Shown: positions 1-8,744, counted from the stretch's first letter. The stretch is DNA of 64,000 bases from Myxococcota bacterium (GCA_049322255.1 JBMORE010000103.1:1-64000), one strand, 5' to 3'. The notes: generated by a model from the sequence alone, not told the origin. Numbers and translations are program-made.

Positions 1-44
1 TCGGATTTCGAGGGCTTGATTCGCGGCGACCAGCGGAGAGACAT
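1..44 (-). CDS. 5' end of a gene running off the window (MSLRWSPRIKPSKS...), possibly the next gene of the cytochrome operon
   Basis: On the minus strand GGAGG precedes an ATG at 44; same strand as the 114-6596 operon; only 14 codons visible. Confidence 0.45.
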   Translation of the reverse strand, partial: MSLRWSPRIKPSKS

Positions 45-113
45 GGGCGTTACCTCCGCCCATGACAGATCATTTTTCCACGCCGACGTCGATCCCCTTG
101 GCGCCTAACGGGA

Positions 114-1745
114 TCAGCTCTCTAGCTCCAGGCGCCCCAAGAAGGACGCGCGCACCCACAGGCTGGCGCCCAAGGCGAGGTCGATTCCCAGGTAGCTGCC
201 CAGCTCGCGACCTACCAGCCCGGAAGCGCCTGTTTGCGCGAGCTGCTCGTCGAGCGAAACTCTGGCCATCAGCCGGGTACGGGGCAGCGGGTGGACTGCC
301 GTGTGCAGGTAACCGCTGCGCCCGCGAAACCACCCCACCTCTTCGGCGTAGCCCAGAGAAATTCCTCCCGCGGCGCCGAGCAACCTCGGCAAAGACAGCT
401 CGGGCCCCAGCCGCGCCATGCCCAGGCCGGTATCAGGGTCGATGGATCCTCCACCCCGCACACCCATCACCAGCCACCCGAAGGGCTCGAAGTCCGCCCC
501 GAGGTCTGCGTGCACTCCTCGCAGCCGTGGTGAAAACACCCCTGCGGCCAGCCGCCCGTCGTCGGAGCCAACGTAACGGACACCGCCGCGCACCCGCCAC
601 GCCTGGCTCAGGCGTCCCCCTGCGTCGAGCTGTACGCCGTCGACGCCGAGCCCCTGCTGCCCCGGTCCCACCCCCAACAGAACTTGCGCCTGCGCATCGA
701 ACTGGCGCTGAAAAAAAGCGTGGAGCGCCGCGCCCAGCTCGAGCCGATCGCCGTCTTCGCCGCGCACCCACCCCACCCGCACCTCCGGTTGCCACAGGCT
801 CGGAGTCGAGCCGCCGGTCGTACGCCGCGTCATGAAGTAGCCGCCGACGGTCCAGCGACTCAGCGAAGGCGTCAGGCTCACCCAGTCCGGCAGCGCGCCC
901 GCGTAGACGCCCACCTCGAGGTCTTCACCGTCGTTCTTCCACCCCGCTTGCACGCCGTCGAGCAACGCCAGGCCGGGGGCGAAGCGTGCCCAGGTGCGCC
1001 CCGCGGCAAAAGTCAGCGCACGCTCCGCCGAGCGCATGGCCAGCTCCGCCTGATAGACGTGCAGCTGCGCCAAAGTTCGTGTCGGGAAGCGGTAGGTGTC
1101 AGGCCGCCGCGCCCAGCCAGTGACGGCCAGGCGGGCGCTGGCACGCACTCCTGGCAGAACTTCGACACCCGCCAACCCCAACGACAACCGCTCTCGTTGA
1201 TAGGGACCCTGCGCGGCGGTCGTTGCCGCATAGGTGTCGTGCTGAAGCGACAGCTCCAGACCCCTGGCTCCCCCTTCTCCAAACAAAGAGCCGCCCGCGA
1301 AGTCGACGAGCTCATGCGCTGCGCGCTCGAGGGCGACGCGTTGGCGCGCGAGCTCGGCTGGCGCGGGCGGCGTGGGAAGAATGGGTGGTGGCGGGGGCCG
1401 CGGCGGCTCTTTTACCGCGAACCGGTCTCCCACCTTGAGCCCACCCGCTCCCTCGCAGGTGGCGGAGTGCTCGCTCACCGCGTCGATTCGGCAGGTCGCC
1501 GCCTTGCCCTTTCGGCCGAAGCGGAGCACCTGGTCGACCACCAGGCCCTCGGCGGCGCCCCGGTCGAGAAAAGCGCGCTCGGCGGTGAGGTACGTCACTT
1601 GACCGGTGTTGGGTGACCGCGGCCTGGCCACGAACGTCGCTGGGGTTGGCCGAGCGGGCTTGACCCGGCGCCTCTTCTTCGCCGCCACGGGCGTGGCGAA
1701 CAACACCGCGCACAGCGCCCATGCCGAAAACCACCGGGCGCTCAT
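114..1745 (-). CDS. Secreted protein, probable outer-membrane beta-barrel (porin candidate) with small N-terminal beta domain and Pro linker
   Basis: Start MSARWFSAWALCAVLFATPVAA (signal peptide) overlaps the upstream stop (ATGA at 1742-1745); C-terminal ~370 aa of alternating amphipathic Gly/aromatic-rich strands. Confidence 0.6.
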   Translation of the reverse strand: MSARWFSAWALCAVLFATPVAAKKRRRVKPARPTPATFVARPRSPNTGQVTYLTAERAFLDRGAAEGLVVDQVLRFGRKGKAATCRIDAVSEHSATCEGAGGLKVGDRFAVKEPPRPPPPPILPTPPAPAELARQRVALERAAHELVDFAGGSLFGEGGARGLELSLQHDTYAATTAAQGPYQRERLSLGLAGVEVLPGVRASARLAVTGWARRPDTYRFPTRTLAQLHVYQAELAMRSAERALTFAAGRTWARFAPGLALLDGVQAGWKNDGEDLEVGVYAGALPDWVSLTPSLSRWTVGGYFMTRRTTGGSTPSLWQPEVRVGWVRGEDGDRLELGAALHAFFQRQFDAQAQVLLGVGPGQQGLGVDGVQLDAGGRLSQAWRVRGGVRYVGSDDGRLAAGVFSPRLRGVHADLGADFEPFGWLVMGVRGGGSIDPDTGLGMARLGPELSLPRLLGAAGGISLGYAEEVGWFRGRSGYLHTAVHPLPRTRLMARVSLDEQLAQTGASGLVGRELGSYLGIDLALGASLWVRASFLGRLELES

Positions 1746-2572
1746 GGAACCTCCGCGAAGCGGTGGCAGGAATAGCACTTGGGATCTTTGCACTGGTATC
1801 CGGGCACCGTGCGGTGGCGCTCGTCCATCTTCGCGCACGCGTGCTCGTGGCAATTCGAGCAGGCCGCGCTTTGGGTCTGGCAAGCGCCCGCCCCACCCAG
1901 CCTGGGGAGCGTGGAGTGGCAGCTCAGACAGGGGATGTGCGCATGTTTGCCCACCGAGATTTCGAAGCAACGGTCGTGTGCGGGGAAGCGGCCGGGAAAG
2001 AAGCGCCAGCCGTCGTGGCACGCTTGGCAGTCGGTGCCAAAACCCGCGCGGGCGTGATCGATTGCTCCCAACGCGGTGCGGTCATAGTCGCGCTGATGAC
2101 AGGTGATGCACGGGGCGGCGGGGAGCGCGAAGCGACGACCGGCGGCGTCGGCGTGACACTCCTCGCAGGGCAGCATCGCGTGCCGGCCAATGAGCGGGAA
2201 GCCGGTCTTGCGATGGGCATCCGCTCGAAAAGCGCCCTGCCAGCGAACCTCGTCATGGCAACCCGCGCAGCGCAGACCCAGCTCTCCCGCGTGCACGTCA
2301 CCGTGGCAGCCTGCACAGTCCCGCAGCACCGGTGTCATGAAGTCCGCTGGGTGGCATGCCTTGCAGCTCACTTGGGCGTGCGCCCCGTTGAGCGGAAAGC
2401 CCGTCTTCGCGTGGTTGAAGCGCACCACCGTCCATCCTTGCGCGGAGTGGCAGGCGTCGCACCTGGTCTGCACCACGTGCGCTGCGGGCGGTTTTGCCTT
2501 GCTCGAAGGGCCCGCGCCCAACAGGAGGGCGACCCCCGACGTCAGGGCACCGGCGAGCAGGCGCGCGCTCAT
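1742..2572 (-). CDS. Decaheme cytochrome c (c3/c7-like repeats)
   Basis: Signal peptide MSARLLAGALTSGVALLLGA; 10 CxxCH motifs; HxxTGFPLxGxH motifs; ATGA overlap with upstream gene. Confidence 0.9.
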   Translation of the reverse strand: MSARLLAGALTSGVALLLGAGPSSKAKPPAAHVVQTRCDACHSAQGWTVVRFNHAKTGFPLNGAHAQVSCKACHPADFMTPVLRDCAGCHGDVHAGELGLRCAGCHDEVRWQGAFRADAHRKTGFPLIGRHAMLPCEECHADAAGRRFALPAAPCITCHQRDYDRTALGAIDHARAGFGTDCQACHDGWRFFPGRFPAHDRCFEISVGKHAHIPCLSCHSTLPRLGGAGACQTQSAACSNCHEHACAKMDERHRTVPGYQCKDPKCYSCHRFAEVP

Positions 2573-4371
2573 GGCTCGAACCCCTGAAACTCGCCGCGGT
2601 GGAAGTCGCTGTGGCAGCCCTCGCAGGTGCTGGGGAGCGGCCGGTAACGCACCGCGGTCACTCCCCGCCCCACCTTCACCTCGCGATGGCAAGCCCTGCA
2701 CTCGAGGGAAGCGTGCTTGCCGTCGAGCTTGAACTCGGTGAACGGCACATCGTGCACGAAGAGCGTCTTTGCGAAGCTCTCGGTCTGGTGACACTTCGTG
2801 CAATCGGTGGGCTGCCCCGGCGGAGCGAACTGACCGGCGTGCACATCGGTGTGGCACCCGCCGCACGCCGTCTCCAGCGGGCGATAGCGCACCGTCTTCA
2901 CTCCCTTTTCCACCGAAGGCGTGTGGCAGCTTCCGCAGGCCGCCCGCGTATGAGCACCCGTGAGCGGGAACCGGGTGTCCTTGTCGTGGGAGAAAGCCAA
3001 GTCGCTGAAGGAGGAAAGACGGTGACAACCCGTGCAACCACCCTCGCGCTTGCCGAACTGGCCCGCATGCACGTCAGGGTGGCACGTTTCGCAGCGGTCA
3101 GCACGGGGGATGTCGAGCCGCGCCAAGCTGAAGAGCTCGGCGCGATGGTCTTTGCGAAGTTGTTTGCGCTGCGCCGTCGAAACTTGGTCGGCCAACGGAA
3201 GGAAGCGGGGGTGGCACGCGTTGCACGCCACCGTCTGATGGGCGCCCTCCAGCGGCCAGCTGGTCTTGGCGTGCGCCTCGAGGCCAAAGCGCGCCGGCAA
3301 GAAGCCATCGACGGTGTGACAGTCCTCGCAAAGGGGTCTACGGCCCTTCTTCGCCAGCTGGCCCAAATGCGCGTCGAAGTGGCAGGTGCTGCAGGTGGAG
3401 AAGGCCAGCCCCTTGAACTTGGCCGGCCGGCCCGAGAAAGGGCCGTGGCAGGCGCGGCACTCCACGTCGATGTGCGCCCCCTTCAAGGGGAAGCGCGTCT
3501 TCTCGTGAAAGGAGCGCTCCTGCGCGGCGTTCCGCAAGATGCGCCAACCCGCCACGGTGTGACAGCTGTGGCAGCGGGGGCCGAAGCGGCCTTCGTGCGG
3601 GTCGTCGTGGCAGCTTTGACACGAGCGGTGCGCGAGCGGCGCAAACTCGAGGAAGGTTTTGGCGCGGGGCGCGGGGAAGATGCCTTGGGCAAAATTGGGG
3701 TCGCGTACCGTCTGATGACACTCCTCGCACTTCACCTTCTTGTGTAGTCCTTCGAGAGGGTATTCGGTGTCGGAGTGGTCGAAACCGGGCGCGGGCTTCC
3801 AGGCCTTTTCGTCATGGCAGCCTTGGCACTCCTGTTCCACTTGGCCGCGGTGCTCGTCGAAGTGACAGCTCACGCACGTTGCGCGTAAGCCGAGAAACGT
3901 CGTTCTCCCCGGCTGCTTTCCCAAGAGGGCGACCACCGTCGCGTCCTGTAGGCGTGCCTTGGCGTGACAGTCGCCGCACTCTTGGCGTGCGTGCGCCCCC
4001 ACCAGAGGCCAGCCGGTTCGCTGATGCTCGAAGCCCTTCTTCCCTGCTTTGCCCCAACCCAACAAGTCGAGCTGCTCTCCCTGGTGCTCGTGGTGGCACT
4101 CTTCACAATGCTCTTTCTTCTCCGCGGAGAGCCTCCCGTGCAAACCCTTGCCAGCCTTCAGCCGGGTCTCGATTTCTTTGTGACAGGTCAGGCAAGACTC
4201 GGCAGACAGCTGCTCGCCCGCCGGGTGGCACTGGGTGCAGTTGGAAATTCCCTCCAGGGACTTGTGGGCGCGGCTCAAAGGGCCGGGCGAGAACAGGTCG
4301 CCGAACGCGGGAGACGCGGCCAGCACCAAGGCGAACGCCGTGCTGCGCAGGGCTCTTACGCGAAAATCCAC
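2569..4371 (-). CDS. Large multiheme cytochrome c (20 CxxCH)
   Basis: GTG start at 4371 gives signal peptide ...TAFALVLAASPAFG; 20 CxxCH counted; tandem (F/W/Y)PLxGxH-CxxCH repeats. Confidence 0.9.
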   Translation of the reverse strand: MDFRVRALRSTAFALVLAASPAFGDLFSPGPLSRAHKSLEGISNCTQCHPAGEQLSAESCLTCHKEIETRLKAGKGLHGRLSAEKKEHCEECHHEHQGEQLDLLGWGKAGKKGFEHQRTGWPLVGAHARQECGDCHAKARLQDATVVALLGKQPGRTTFLGLRATCVSCHFDEHRGQVEQECQGCHDEKAWKPAPGFDHSDTEYPLEGLHKKVKCEECHQTVRDPNFAQGIFPAPRAKTFLEFAPLAHRSCQSCHDDPHEGRFGPRCHSCHTVAGWRILRNAAQERSFHEKTRFPLKGAHIDVECRACHGPFSGRPAKFKGLAFSTCSTCHFDAHLGQLAKKGRRPLCEDCHTVDGFLPARFGLEAHAKTSWPLEGAHQTVACNACHPRFLPLADQVSTAQRKQLRKDHRAELFSLARLDIPRADRCETCHPDVHAGQFGKREGGCTGCHRLSSFSDLAFSHDKDTRFPLTGAHTRAACGSCHTPSVEKGVKTVRYRPLETACGGCHTDVHAGQFAPPGQPTDCTKCHQTESFAKTLFVHDVPFTEFKLDGKHASLECRACHREVKVGRGVTAVRYRPLPSTCEGCHSDFHRGEFQGFEP

Positions 4372-6596
4372 CGGTATCCGAGGAACAGCGAGACGGCGAT
4401 GTGCGCGGCAATCATCAGCACCAGAAACACCGCGAGAAGAACGTGCAGCACCCTCCATACAGAAAGAAGCCGGCGCAAGCTCTTGTAGAAACCGACCTGA
4501 GTGCGCAGCCGATCGATTCTGTGGAACGCCTCGGCGAACTGGCGAAAGTGCCCTTTGGACTGGAACAGCGGCCGAATGCGGCGAAGCTGCCGCCGGGTAC
4601 GCCACGCCCGCAAGGGCATTCCTGCGAGCATCACCGTGAGCGAGCCCCCCACCGCCGGAGCCGTGGCCCGTTCGAGCACCGCGTGCACGGGGACGACGTT
4701 GGTCACCCCTTCGAGCAGAGGCTCGACGCGCGACTTGAGGCGTTCCCAACGCGAGAGCACCTCGGCGTACTCGACGGTGTGTCCTTCGTGGGTCGGAACC
4801 AGCCCGTAGACGAACCGGCCGACGATGCCGGTGGCCACCACCACCGCGAGCGAGGCAGCCGTCCCGCTGGCAAGGAAGTTGTTGGACTGAAAGGCCGCGT
4901 GAAAGGCAATGACCAGCGGGCTCATGAAGCCGACGAACTGGTGGAAGGTGAGCCAGCGGCGAATGGGGCCCGCCCCCTTGAGCAGCCTCCAGCGCTTGCG
5001 CACGGCGTAGAGGAAGTTCGACAGCATCACCGCCGTGGCGACGATGCCCACCCCGTGGCCCCAAACGCCTGCCGGGCGCAGCGCCTTGTGGAGCGGCGAA
5101 GCCAACCGGTCGACGACCGATAGGCGGTAGTAGTCGAAGCCGACCACCATCAGCCCGGCGACGATGAGCGCGCCGATGGTGAACAGGCTCAGCACGAACC
5201 GGCGGTGGCGGCGCTTCTCCGCTTCTTCCTTGGCGCTGCCGCGACGGGCGCGCGCGGTGGCCACGGCGGGCTCGTCGACCGCCCCCGGAGCGGTGCCAAA
5301 GTGCCGGCGCAGCCCCACTCCTGCTTTGGAAAGAAATTCGGTGGGCAGCTCCCCGCCGATGCACACCAAGACGAAGTCGTTGGGTAGGCGGACCTGACGG
5401 TCCTTGAGCTGCATGAGGACGTCTTGGGGGCGAACCTCCATCACCTGCGAGGCCATCATCGCGGTCACCGCCCGCTGCTGAATGAGCTCGGCGATTTTTC
5501 GCTTGTTGGCTTCGCGGCACTTCCCGAAGGCTTCGTTGCGGTAACTGATGGTCACCTGCGCGTCGCTCTGCTCGGCGAGCTGAATCGCCGCTTCGAGCGC
5601 CGAGTCGCCGCCGCCCACCACCAACACCTTGGCACCGTCGTACTGCTCCGGGTCGATGAGCCGATAGCTGACCTTCTCCAGCTCTTCGCCTTTGCACCCC
5701 AGCTTCCTCGGCGAGCCGCGCCGCCCCGTGGCGAGCACCACCTTGCGCGCGCGCATCGAGCCCTTGCTGGTCTGCACGGTGAACTCGCCGTCGCTCCCTT
5801 CGATGGTGGTCACCTTCACCCCTGGCTCGATGGAGACCTTCGCCTTGGCCAACGCCCGCTGCCAGGACTCCAGTAGGTCTTCCTTGGAGATGAGCGAGCG
5901 ACCGAACTTTCCGTAAAAGGGAAGCTCCACCCGCTCGGTCATCACCACCTTCTGCCGTGGGTAGTGGGCAATGGTGCCCCCCAAAGACTCCTGCTCGAGC
6001 ACGCGGAACGACAGCCCGGCCTTCTTGAGGCCCAACGCGGTCGCCAGCCCTGCGGGCCCCGCCCCGACGATGACCACGTCGGTCGCTCCGGACACCTGGG
6101 AGCGCTTCATCCGATCGCCCAGGTGCGCCGCCACCTGAAGCCCCTGTGTGATGGCGTTCTTGATGAGCCCCATCCCTCCCAGCTCACCCACCACGTGCAC
6201 TCCTGCACGGCTGGATTCGAAAAATTCGTCGACCTCCGGCAGGTCTTGCCCACGCTGAGCCGTCCCGAAGACGAGCTTGATGGCGTCGACCGGACACTCC
6301 AGGGCGCACTTGCCGTGGCCGATGCACGCCGCGGCGTTGATGAGCGTCGCCCGACCGTCCACCACACCGAGAATGTCTCCCTCGGGGCAGACCTCCAGAC
6401 AGGAAAGGCTGCCGATGCAGATGTCCGGGTCGATGACCGGGTGCAGCGTCTGCGGAATGTGGAGGTTCTGCGCTTCCGCCGAGGCGAGCGCCTCCGCGTC
6501 TCGCTCTTCACGGCGCGCGCGCGCGCGAATCATCCACACGGCCGCCCCCACGAAGGAGGCCAGCACCACCAACCCTACAAGGACGTCGATGACCAT
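4356..6596 (-). CDS. Membrane-bound ferredoxin / TrxR-like FAD-NAD(P)H oxidoreductase with C-terminal His-rich membrane domain
   Basis: N-terminal TM; CIGSLSCLEVCP and CIGHGKCALECP Fe-S motifs; GAGPAG, ATG and GGGDSA motifs; five C-terminal TM helices with paired His. Confidence 0.85.
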   Translation of the reverse strand: MVIDVLVGLVVLASFVGAAVWMIRARARREERDAEALASAEAQNLHIPQTLHPVIDPDICIGSLSCLEVCPEGDILGVVDGRATLINAAACIGHGKCALECPVDAIKLVFGTAQRGQDLPEVDEFFESSRAGVHVVGELGGMGLIKNAITQGLQVAAHLGDRMKRSQVSGATDVVIVGAGPAGLATALGLKKAGLSFRVLEQESLGGTIAHYPRQKVVMTERVELPFYGKFGRSLISKEDLLESWQRALAKAKVSIEPGVKVTTIEGSDGEFTVQTSKGSMRARKVVLATGRRGSPRKLGCKGEELEKVSYRLIDPEQYDGAKVLVVGGGDSALEAAIQLAEQSDAQVTISYRNEAFGKCREANKRKIAELIQQRAVTAMMASQVMEVRPQDVLMQLKDRQVRLPNDFVLVCIGGELPTEFLSKAGVGLRRHFGTAPGAVDEPAVATARARRGSAKEEAEKRRHRRFVLSLFTIGALIVAGLMVVGFDYYRLSVVDRLASPLHKALRPAGVWGHGVGIVATAVMLSNFLYAVRKRWRLLKGAGPIRRWLTFHQFVGFMSPLVIAFHAAFQSNNFLASGTAASLAVVVATGIVGRFVYGLVPTHEGHTVEYAEVLSRWERLKSRVEPLLEGVTNVVPVHAVLERATAPAVGGSLTVMLAGMPLRAWRTRRQLRRIRPLFQSKGHFRQFAEAFHRIDRLRTQVGFYKSLRRLLSVWRVLHVLLAVFLVLMIAAHIAVSLFLGYRWIFA

Positions 6597-6633
6597 TGAA
6601 ACTCGGCCCCGAGGCTGCGGTAGGGTCACATCC

Positions 6634-7239
6634 ATGTCAATCGTGATTCTCATTCGGCACGGCGAGTCGCTCTGGAACCGCGAGAACCGCTTCACCGGCT
6701 GGGTCGACGTTCCCCTCACCGACAAAGGGCGCCACGAGGCCCGGCGCGCCGCCGAGCTGATCAAGGGCTACTCCTTCGACGTCGCCTACACCTCGGTGCT
6801 CAGCCGCGCCGAGGAGACGCTGGAAATCATCCTCGAGGTCTTGGGCAAGCGGCCGCCCGTCATTCGCGACCAGGCGCTCAACGAGCGGCACTACGGAGAC
6901 CTGCAGGGGCTCGACAAAGCCGAGACCGCCAAGCGCTTCGGCGAGGCGCAGGTGAAAACCTGGCGCCGCTCCTACGACATCGCTCCGCCCAACGGCGAGT
7001 CTTTGGAGCTGACCGCCAAGCGCACCCTTCCCTTCTTCGAGCGCGCCATCGGCGGCGACATTCGCCAGGGAAAGAACGTGTTGGTGGTCGCCCACGGCAA
7101 CTCCAACCGCTCGATCGTGATGTCGCTCGACAAGCTCTCCAAGGAGGCAGTGCTCGAGCTCAACATCGGCACCGGGGTGCCGTACGTGTACGAGCTCGAC
7201 GCCGACCTCTCGGTGAAGTCGAAAAAAATTCTCGAGTAG
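6634..7239 (+). CDS. gpmA: 2,3-bisphosphoglycerate-dependent phosphoglycerate mutase
   Basis: LIRHGESLWNRENRFTGW, LNERHYGDLQG, AHGNS motifs. Confidence 0.93.
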   Translation: MSIVILIRHGESLWNRENRFTGWVDVPLTDKGRHEARRAAELIKGYSFDVAYTSVLSRAEETLEIILEVLGKRPPVIRDQALNERHYGDLQGLDKAETAKRFGEAQVKTWRRSYDIAPPNGESLELTAKRTLPFFERAIGGDIRQGKNVLVVAHGNSNRSIVMSLDKLSKEAVLELNIGTGVPYVYELDADLSVKSKKILE

Positions 7240-7241
7240 AG

Positions 7242-7820
7242 CTACTGGTACTCGATGACCTCGTAACCCAAGAAGTCTTTGGCGCCGCGGTTCTCGTAGG
7301 CGTGGGGCACATCGGCGGCGAAGTCGATCGCGTCTCCCTCGTCGATCTCGAAGGCGGTGTCGCTCACCCAGATGGTGAGCCGGCCCTTCACCACCACCAA
7401 GTTCTCTCGCGTCCCCGGAGGGTGCGGCGGCCCCTCGGAACGCGCCCCCGGTGCGAGCCGAAGCTCGTACATCTCCGATTTGCGGCGACTCTGGCGGGGA
7501 AAGAGCGGGCGGCTCTGAAACTTGCCGTCGGCCGAGGAAAGCACCTGCATCTCTTCGCGGCGCACGAGGTTGACGTCGCGCTTGGGCTCCTCCCCGAGCA
7601 TCGCGCTGAAGTTCAGCCCGAAGGCAGTGGAGATTTTCCACAACACGGCGATGGTGGGGTTGGTCTTCCTGGCCTCGATTTGGGAGAGCATGGCGCGCGA
7701 GACCCCGCTGCGCCTGGCCAGCTCGTCGAGGGTCCAGCCGCGGTCCTTGCGCGCCGCCCGAAGCTGCTCGGCCACCTTGGCTTGAAAGGCCTCCGCGCTG
7801 TCCTTCTGCGGGCGCGCCAC
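7242..7820 (-). CDS. XRE-family HTH regulator with C-terminal cupin
   Basis: WTLDELARRSGVSRAMLSQIE...NPT HTH; cupin PH...E...GDAIDFAADVPHAYEN. Confidence 0.88.
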   Translation of the reverse strand: MARPQKDSAEAFQAKVAEQLRAARKDRGWTLDELARRSGVSRAMLSQIEARKTNPTIAVLWKISTAFGLNFSAMLGEEPKRDVNLVRREEMQVLSSADGKFQSRPLFPRQSRRKSEMYELRLAPGARSEGPPHPPGTRENLVVVKGRLTIWVSDTAFEIDEGDAIDFAADVPHAYENRGAKDFLGYEVIEYQ

Positions 7821-7821
7821 G

Positions 7822-8703
7822 CTAGCCGACGACCCGGTTGCGCCCGCCGCGCTTGGCCTTGTACAGGTTGGCGTCGGCGACCTTGATGAACTGCAAAGGC
7901 TCGGTCATGTCGCCGGTCATGTCTCCCACGCCGATGGAGATGGTGACCGGAATGTCCTTGCTCTCGAAGGAGAAGGGGTGGTCTTCCACGAGCTTGCGCA
8001 CCTTCTCGGCGAAGCGGCGCGCGTTCTCCGGGCCCGCCTCGGGCATCACCACCGCGAACTCTTCTCCACCGTAACGGGCGAAGCACTCTTCTTTGCGAAT
8101 ACGCGGCTTGATCAGGCTCGCCAGCTCGCGCAGCACGTAGTCTCCCGCCAGATGCCCGTTGACGTCGTTGACCTTCTTGAAGTGGTCGATGTCGAAGAGA
8201 ATGAGCGAGAGCGAGCGATTGTAGCGGTGGCAGCGACCCATCTCGCGCTCGAGGAACTCGAGGAAGAAGCGCTTGTTGTTCACCTGGGTCAGCCCGTCCA
8301 TGATGGTGAGCTGGTAGATCTCCTCGTGATAGAGGCTCTCGATGTTCCCACCCGAGAGGAACTTGAAGATCGACCCGCCCACCTTGACGAAGTCACCGCT
8401 GCGCAGCGGCGTCTCTTCGAGCACTTCGTCGTCGTTCAGATAGGTGCCGTTGGTGGAGCCCAAGTCGACCACGAAGTACTTTCCCTGGCGGGAGAGGATT
8501 TTGGCGTGGCGGCGCGACACGTTGTCCAGATCGACCACGATGTTGTTCTTCACGTCGCGCCCGATGGTGAACTCCTCGTCGTCGAGGATGTACTTCTTGC
8601 CCAGGTTCGGACCGTGAATCTCCACCAGACAACTCTCGCCACCGGCCGTGATCCGATCCTGCAGCTTCGAGATCTTGGTGACACGCGTTTCCTGGCCGCC
8701 CAT
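7822..8703 (-). CDS. FHA-domain diguanylate cyclase
   Basis: FHA (IGR...VSRRHA...STNGTYLN) plus DIDHFKKVND...GHLAGD...RYGGEEF. Confidence 0.93.
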   Translation of the reverse strand: MGGQETRVTKISKLQDRITAGGESCLVEIHGPNLGKKYILDDEEFTIGRDVKNNIVVDLDNVSRRHAKILSRQGKYFVVDLGSTNGTYLNDDEVLEETPLRSGDFVKVGGSIFKFLSGGNIESLYHEEIYQLTIMDGLTQVNNKRFFLEFLEREMGRCHRYNRSLSLILFDIDHFKKVNDVNGHLAGDYVLRELASLIKPRIRKEECFARYGGEEFAVVMPEAGPENARRFAEKVRKLVEDHPFSFESKDIPVTISIGVGDMTGDMTEPLQFIKVADANLYKAKRGGRNRVVG

Positions 8704-8744
8704 GAACCGGCTCTCCTAGCACATGCTATGGTCCCGAGCCCGCC

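Noticed and set aside
114..4371. Naming the cluster mtrA/mtrB/mtrC
   Set aside because: The FPLxGxH triheme repeats and barrel length differ from Mtr proteins as I know them; orthology cannot be supported without searches
4372..5697. N-terminal 442 aa of the 1042-aa ORF 2569..5697
   Set aside because: Off-frame shadow of the oxidoreductase; the signal peptide and cytochrome begin at 4371
7822..8703. Hypr-type cGAMP-making GGDEF
   Set aside because: The specificity residue is the canonical Asp (GHLAGD), not Ser
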